DNA from: Candidatus Limnocylindrales bacterium
GTDB taxonomy: Bacteria > Chloroflexota > Limnocylindria > Limnocylindrales > CSP1-4
Direction of reading: 5' to 3'
Assembly: GCA_035264305.1 (NCBI GenBank)
Contig: DATFQL010000307.1
Coordinates: 1 to 39,476, forward strand
Length of the DNA stretch: 39,476 bases
Positions 35,015 through 39,476 of this stretch are shown piece after piece. Positions within the stretch are counted from its first letter, which is position 1. Every line of letters begins with the position of its first letter. The notes beneath the pieces are model-generated. The model had not been told where the DNA came from, did no database searches, and saw only the letters and a program-made list of their open reading frames with translations. Both the position numbers and the translations under genes were made by a program.

Positions 35015-36141
35015 TGGCTGCGATGCGGATCGCCGAGTTCGATCTGGAGCGGTTCTTCGCCCGGCACGAGTTCGCCGTCCGCCACCTGCTGTGCGCGTCG
35101 GACGTCGAGGGCTGGTCGATGGCCGACCTCCTCGCCCTGGCCGACGACGAGACGAGGACGCTCTGGGAGCGCCTGACGCTCGGCTATACGGAGGCGCCGG
35201 GGCACCCGCTCCTGCGGGCCGAGATCGCCTCCCTCTACGAGACGATCGCGGCGGACGAGGTGCTCACGTTCAGCGGCGCCGAGGAGGCGATCTACGTCGC
35301 CGCGAACGTGCTCCTCGGGCCCGGCGACCACGCGATCGTCACGTGGCCCGCGTACCAGAGCCTCCACGAGGTCGCCCGCTCGACGGGCGCCGACGTGACA
35401 CTCCACGAGCTGCACGCGAGTGACGGGTGGGCGATCGACGTCCAGCGGCTGCGCGAGCAGGTGACGCCGCGGACGCGGCTGATCGTCGTCAATGCGCCGC
35501 ACAACCCGACCGGGATGCTCCCCGACGAGGCGACGTACCGCGAGGTCGCCGCGATCGCCGCCGAGGCGGGCGCGACGCTGTTCAGCGACGAGGTCTATCG
35601 CTTCCTCGAGGTCGAGCCGGCGGCGCGGTTGCCCGCGGGCGCCGACGTGGCCGGCCACGGGGTCAGCCTCGGCGTCATGTCCAAGTCGTTCGCGATGGCC
35701 GGCCTCCGGATCGGCTGGCTCGCGACGCACGACCGTCGGCTGCTCGACGCCGCTGCCCGGTACAAGGACTACCTCACGATCTGCTCGTCCGCCCCGTCGG
35801 AGATCCTCGCGCTGATCGCGCTGCGTGCCCGCGACGAGGTCATTGCCCGCAGCCGAGCCATCACGGCGCCGAACCTGGGGCTCCTCGACAGCTTCTTGGA
35901 GCGCCAGGCCGGCCATTTCGAGTGGGTCCGGCCGCGCGGTGGCTCGATCGGCTTTCCCGCGCTGGCCGCCCACATCCCGATCGACGCCTTCGCCCAGAAC
36001 CTCCTCGACGAAGAAGGGGTACTCCTGGCACCGGGGTCGCTGTTCGGCCACCCCGGCAACCACTTCCGCGTCGGCTTCGGGCGCGCCGGCTTTTCCCAGG
36101 GCCTCGAGCGGTTCGAGGCGTACGTCGAGCGGACGCTGTGA
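35011..36141 (+). CDS. class I/II PLP-dependent aminotransferase-fold enzyme
   Basis: VVNAPHNPTG, FSDEVY and the Schiff-base lysine motif SKSFAMAGLRIGW. ATGA overlap with the btuD stop. Substrate specificity cannot be assigned from the sequence. Confidence 0.8.
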   Translation: MMAAMRIAEFDLERFFARHEFAVRHLLCASDVEGWSMADLLALADDETRTLWERLTLGYTEAPGHPLLRAEIASLYETIAADEVLTFSGAEEAIYVAANVLLGPGDHAIVTWPAYQSLHEVARSTGADVTLHELHASDGWAIDVQRLREQVTPRTRLIVVNAPHNPTGMLPDEATYREVAAIAAEAGATLFSDEVYRFLEVEPAARLPAGADVAGHGVSLGVMSKSFAMAGLRIGWLATHDRRLLDAAARYKDYLTICSSAPSEILALIALRARDEVIARSRAITAPNLGLLDSFLERQAGHFEWVRPRGGSIGFPALAAHIPIDAFAQNLLDEEGVLLAPGSLFGHPGNHFRVGFGRAGFSQGLERFEAYVERTL

Positions 36142-36153
36142 TGGGCGAGGACG

Positions 36154-36483
36154 ATGGACACGTGGATCTACTTCATCCACCCGCCGCGGGACGATTTCGC
36201 CGAGACGATGACCGAGGCCGAGGGCGAGGCATGGGGCCGCCACTGGGCGCGGATCCAGCGGCTCTACCTGGAGGGCCGGATCATCCTCGTGGGACCGACG
36301 CTGGGACGCGTGAACACGGGGATCTGCATCTTCGAGGCGGACGATGAGGACGCCGCGCGCAGGATGATGGACGAGGACCCGGCGATCGCCGAGGGCTTCG
36401 CACGCGGTGAGCTGCGGCCGATCCGCGTGTCGCTTCTCCGCGGCCGTGACGAGGCTGCCGTCCGGGAGCGCCTCGGCGCCTGA
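36154..36483 (+). CDS. YciI-like (YCII-related) small protein
   Basis: 109 aa. WIYFIHPPRDDF...HWARIQRLYLEGRIILVGP...GICIFEADDEDAARRMMDEDPA fits the YciI pattern (alpha/beta dimeric fold, DPF/DPA motif). Confidence 0.65.
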   Translation: MDTWIYFIHPPRDDFAETMTEAEGEAWGRHWARIQRLYLEGRIILVGPTLGRVNTGICIFEADDEDAARRMMDEDPAIAEGFARGELRPIRVSLLRGRDEAAVRERLGA

Positions 36484-36513
36484 CGCGGTCCGCTTTGGGA
36501 CCCCAGGGGACGT

Positions 36514-37896
36514 CTACGGGACCCGCGGTACCTCGGGCAGCCGCGCGAACGCGTCCATGAACCTGCCCATCATCTTCGTCGCGGCCACGAGGTCATCGAT
36601 GCGGATGTTCTCGTCGGGCGCGTGCGCGCGGCAGTCGGCTCGACCCGCTCCGAGCGTGGTTGCCGGAACGCGGTGCCGGGCGCAGACCTGGTACATCGGC
36701 ACGGTCCCGGGGAACGCCACACCGACGCTCGCCTCCATGCCGGCGACCTGTGACGAGACGGCGGCTGCGGCCTGGACAACGGGGTTCGACGGCGGTGTCC
36801 ACCACGCCGGCTCGGATTCGCTCACGCGCAGCCGGATGTCGCCGAAGCCGCGTTCGTCGAGGTGGCGGCGGAGCGCCGCGACGACGACGCCCGGGTCCTG
36901 GTCGGGAACGAGCCGGATGTCGAGGCGCGCGTGCGCCTCGGCCGGCGTGACGGTCTTCGGCGTCGCGTCGATGTGCCCCGACCACAGGCCCTGGAGGTTG
37001 AGGGTCGTCGAGAACGTGAGCGCGTGGACCGCGTCCGTGCCCTCGATACCGCCGTTGAGGCGTTCGATCTCCCAGTCGTCGCGGATGTCGTCGAGCATCG
37101 AGAGGTCCTGGGCCGCGATGATCGCCAGCTGATCCTCGGTCGGCGTCCGCGCCCCGGCGTCGAGGCCGGCGACCACCGGCCGCAGCTCGTCGTCCCACAG
37201 CGTCGCGAGGGCTCGCACCAGCCGGTGGCCGGCGTTCGGGAGCACGACCGACAGGCTCGAGTGGGCGTCGTGGGCCATCGTCTGCGCGATCAGCTCGAGC
37301 ACGACGATGCCCTTTCCGCCGCCCTGCACCGCCGGCCGCCCCGCGAGGTCGAGCTCGCCGCCCTCGATGAGCGCGGCGTCGGCGTCACGCAGCCGTGGCC
37401 GGAGGTCGAGCAGCTCGTCGAGGTGGACGGACCCCGTCTCCTCCTCGCCCTCGACGAGGTGTCGGACCCGGCATGGAAGCGACCCGAACGCCTCGGTCCA
37501 TGCCTCCAGCGCCCAGATCCGCGGCAGCAGCTCGCCCTTGTTGTCGGTGGCGCCGCGCGCCCAGATCCGGTCGTCCCGCACGGCGGGGTTGTAGGGTCCG
37601 CTCGTCCACAGCTCGAGCGGCGCCGCGGGCTGGACGTCGTAGTGGCCGACGCTCGCGAGGGTCCGCGGCCCGTCACCCAGCTCGCCCACGACGAGCGGCG
37701 GGACGCCATCGCCGATCTGGAGCACCTCCACCTCGCAGCCGGCCCGCCGCAGGCGCGCTGCGGTCCAGTCGGCCGCCGCGCGGAGGTTCACGCGGTCACC
37801 GCCTTCCGACGGGATGCGGCAGAACTCGAGGAGCTCGTCGATCCAGTCCTCGAGGCGGTCCTCGATCACGGCGTCGAAGCGCGAGAAGTCGGTCAT
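36514..37896 (-). CDS. M20 family metallopeptidase (dipeptidase / ArgE-DapE-like)
   Basis: From MTDFSRFDAVIEDRLEDWIDELLEFCRIPS the product carries GHYDVQP, ARGATDNKG, EGEEETGS and HAPDENI, the M20 metal and catalytic motifs. The ORF opens at 38121, but its first 75 codons are R/S-rich. Confidence 0.85.
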   Translation of the reverse strand: MTDFSRFDAVIEDRLEDWIDELLEFCRIPSEGGDRVNLRAAADWTAARLRRAGCEVEVLQIGDGVPPLVVGELGDGPRTLASVGHYDVQPAAPLELWTSGPYNPAVRDDRIWARGATDNKGELLPRIWALEAWTEAFGSLPCRVRHLVEGEEETGSVHLDELLDLRPRLRDADAALIEGGELDLAGRPAVQGGGKGIVVLELIAQTMAHDAHSSLSVVLPNAGHRLVRALATLWDDELRPVVAGLDAGARTPTEDQLAIIAAQDLSMLDDIRDDWEIERLNGGIEGTDAVHALTFSTTLNLQGLWSGHIDATPKTVTPAEAHARLDIRLVPDQDPGVVVAALRRHLDERGFGDIRLRVSESEPAWWTPPSNPVVQAAAAVSSQVAGMEASVGVAFPGTVPMYQVCARHRVPATTLGAGRADCRAHAPDENIRIDDLVAATKMMGRFMDAFARLPEVPRVP

Positions 37897-37948
37897 GTCG
37901 GTCCCCGGCCTGCCCACGGATGTGCGATGGACGCGACGTCGGGCGCGA

Positions 37949-39139
37949 TCAGCTGCGTTTGCGGGCGAGGTCGAGGAACGGTAGCTCCACGACGGTTGCC
38001 GCGACCTGACCGCGGCGGCCCTCGACGGTCCACTCGACCTGCAGCCTCGACCCCGTTCGCTCGTATCGAGGCGGCACGGACGCCAGGGCGATCGCCTGCT
38101 TGAGGAGCGGGCTCCAGCCATGCGAGGTTGCCTTGCCGACCTGCCTGCCGCCGTCGAACACCGGGATGTGGCTGCGGTCGGTGCTCGCGGAGATGGCCGG
38201 CGGGAGACCCTGGAGCGTGTACAGGCCCTCGATGTCGTACCAGTCGAGCTGGAGGCCCACGAGCCTGCGTGCCGGGCCGCCGCGCGCCTGCTCCGCCTGG
38301 AGCGCGCGCCGCCCGACGTAATCCGCCTTGTCGAACGTCACGAGCTTCCCGAGCCCGATCTCGTACGGGCTGTAGTTCTGCTCGGGGTTCATCGCGTGCC
38401 GGGCGCTCGTGTAGTCGACCTCGAGCAGGATGAGCCCGGCCTCGAGCCGCGTCACGTCGAGCGCGAGCATCCCCGCGGGCCGGATCGCGTACGCCTTCCC
38501 CGCCTCGAACACCGCGTCCCACACCGCCTCGGCGGCCTTGGCCGGGATCCACAGCTCGTACCCGAGGTCGCCGGTGTAGCCGGTGCGGCTCACGTCGACG
38601 GCCTTGCCCGCGATCCTCGTCGCGCGGCGGCGGAAGTAGCGCACGTCGGCCCAGTCCTCGCCCGTCGCGGCCTCGAGGACGGCGCGGCTGAGCGGGCCCT
38701 GGAGCGCGAGTGCCGCCACCTCCTCGGTCACGTCGTCGATCGTCACGTCAAGGCCGGCGGCGTTCTGGTGGAGCCATCGCGACTGGGGGTCCGCCGCGGT
38801 CCAGCGGAGCTCCTGCTCGCCGACGCGATGGACCGTGCCGTCGTCGATGACCTTGCCGTGCTCGTCGCACCAGGGCGTGTAGTAGACCTGGCCCACCTTG
38901 AGCTTCGTCGCGTCGCGGGTGATGACGCGGTCGGCCAGCGCGATCGCGTCGGGGCCGGTGATCCGGTACTTGTACAGGGGGCTCACGTCGATGACGGCGG
39001 CCGCCTCGCGGATCGCGTTGTACTCGATGTCATGCGCGTCCGCGTACGCCGCGGACGCGTAGAAGCCGGCCCATTCCCGCCACTGCATCTTCCGGTTGAG
39101 GGGCGCAGTCCTGGGATGGAACGCGGTTCCGACGCTCAC
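37949..39139 (-). CDS. GcvT-family aminomethyltransferase (folate-binding)
   Basis: AAVIDVSPLYKYRITGPDA, ALQGP, SRTGYTGDLGYELW and RLEAGL are GcvT-family motifs. The GTG at 39139 is preceded by AGGAGGAG; an alternative ATG is at 39202. Confidence 0.85.
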   Translation of the reverse strand: MSVGTAFHPRTAPLNRKMQWREWAGFYASAAYADAHDIEYNAIREAAAVIDVSPLYKYRITGPDAIALADRVITRDATKLKVGQVYYTPWCDEHGKVIDDGTVHRVGEQELRWTAADPQSRWLHQNAAGLDVTIDDVTEEVAALALQGPLSRAVLEAATGEDWADVRYFRRRATRIAGKAVDVSRTGYTGDLGYELWIPAKAAEAVWDAVFEAGKAYAIRPAGMLALDVTRLEAGLILLEVDYTSARHAMNPEQNYSPYEIGLGKLVTFDKADYVGRRALQAEQARGGPARRLVGLQLDWYDIEGLYTLQGLPPAISASTDRSHIPVFDGGRQVGKATSHGWSPLLKQAIALASVPPRYERTGSRLQVEWTVEGRRGQVAATVVELPFLDLARKRS

Positions 39140-39476
39140 GGGCTCCTCCTGCTGTGACGGGCCTGAGTATGCAGGAGACCGATCCGGTCGGGACCGTTTC
39201 ATGCCTCACCACTGGCGCCGTCGTGGTGCCTCGGCCGGCCGTGGAGGCTCGCCCGCGTTCGCCACGGACCGCGTGGTTTCCTCAGCGCGCGTTTCGGCAC
39301 GGACCGCCGTGGTCCGTCGCCCCCCGCCGTCGGCACATAGTCAAGGCACGACTGCACGTCGCGGAGATCGACCGCCGACAGGCGCACCTTTCCGTCAGCG
39401 AGTCACCACGCGCGCCGCTGTCACCTGCGGGGCCGAGTCGAGGCAGGGATCGGTGACTGCAGTCGTGCTCTGACTC

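Noticed and set aside
39140-39476. Glycine riboswitch upstream of the gcvT-like gene
   Set aside because: The conserved GGAGAG...ACCGAAGGGGCAA and CUCUCAGGCAAAAGGAC elements are absent on the relevant strand. Only a weak CUCAGGC resemblance exists.
1-39476. Search for CRISPR arrays, long direct or tandem repeats, IS ends, integrases, toxin-antitoxin pairs or defence-system hallmarks (nucleases, helicases, methyltransferases)
   Set aside because: None was seen by eye. The only repeats are short inverted repeats in intergenic regions and low-complexity Ala/Pro/Ser codon runs inside genes (for example the tail of btuF, the tail of the GNAT at 12470-12668, and the Ala-rich ORF).

Overview
This is a very GC-rich chromosomal segment: third codon positions are almost all G/C, which produces many long spurious antisense ORFs. 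It is probably from an actinobacterium-like, high-GC monoderm. I support about 42 protein genes, tightly packed, with many 1-nt or 4-nt stop/start overlaps (TGATG, ATGA, GTGA). I found no rRNA, tRNA, CRISPR array, transposase, integrase or recognisable defence genes.

Content by region:
- 1-8.2 kb: small stress and detoxification genes. These are two GNATs including an AAC(2')-like enzyme, an AlkD-like protein, three DinB-fold proteins, SnoaL-like, DUF1801, MOSC and F420/LLM genes, plus a MetE-like methyltransferase.
- 8.2-18.9 kb: an MFS transporter followed by a SAM/methyl-cycle neighbourhood. It contains apt, a divergent eIF-2B/MtnA-family gene, a GNAT and ahcY, then an S9 peptidase, a Na+/H+ antiporter and metK.
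- 18.9-25.4 kb, minus strand: an ArsR-MFS pair and a PotABCD-type polyamine ABC importer.
- 25.6-28.6 kb: a GDP-mannose operon (manC, phosphohexomutase, cupin).
- 28.7-31.7 kb: an orphan SWIM zinc-finger miniprotein and a three-gene, translationally coupled operon of secreted proteins with no clear function.
- 31.8-36.5 kb: a cobalamin riboswitch with an intrinsic terminator, controlling btuFCD plus an aminotransferase and a YciI-like gene.
- 36.5-39.2 kb, minus strand: an M20 peptidase and a GcvT-family aminomethyltransferase.

Most of the window is ordinary housekeeping or accessory metabolism. The best candidates for undescribed biology are:
1. The eIF-2B/MtnA-like protein, which has a twin-arginine-like N-terminal extension and appears to lack the catalytic Cys. 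It sits inside the SAM-salvage operon.
2. The secreted propeller / variant-metzincin / lipoprotein operon.

All homology calls come from reading the translations by eye against remembered family motifs. No database search was run.
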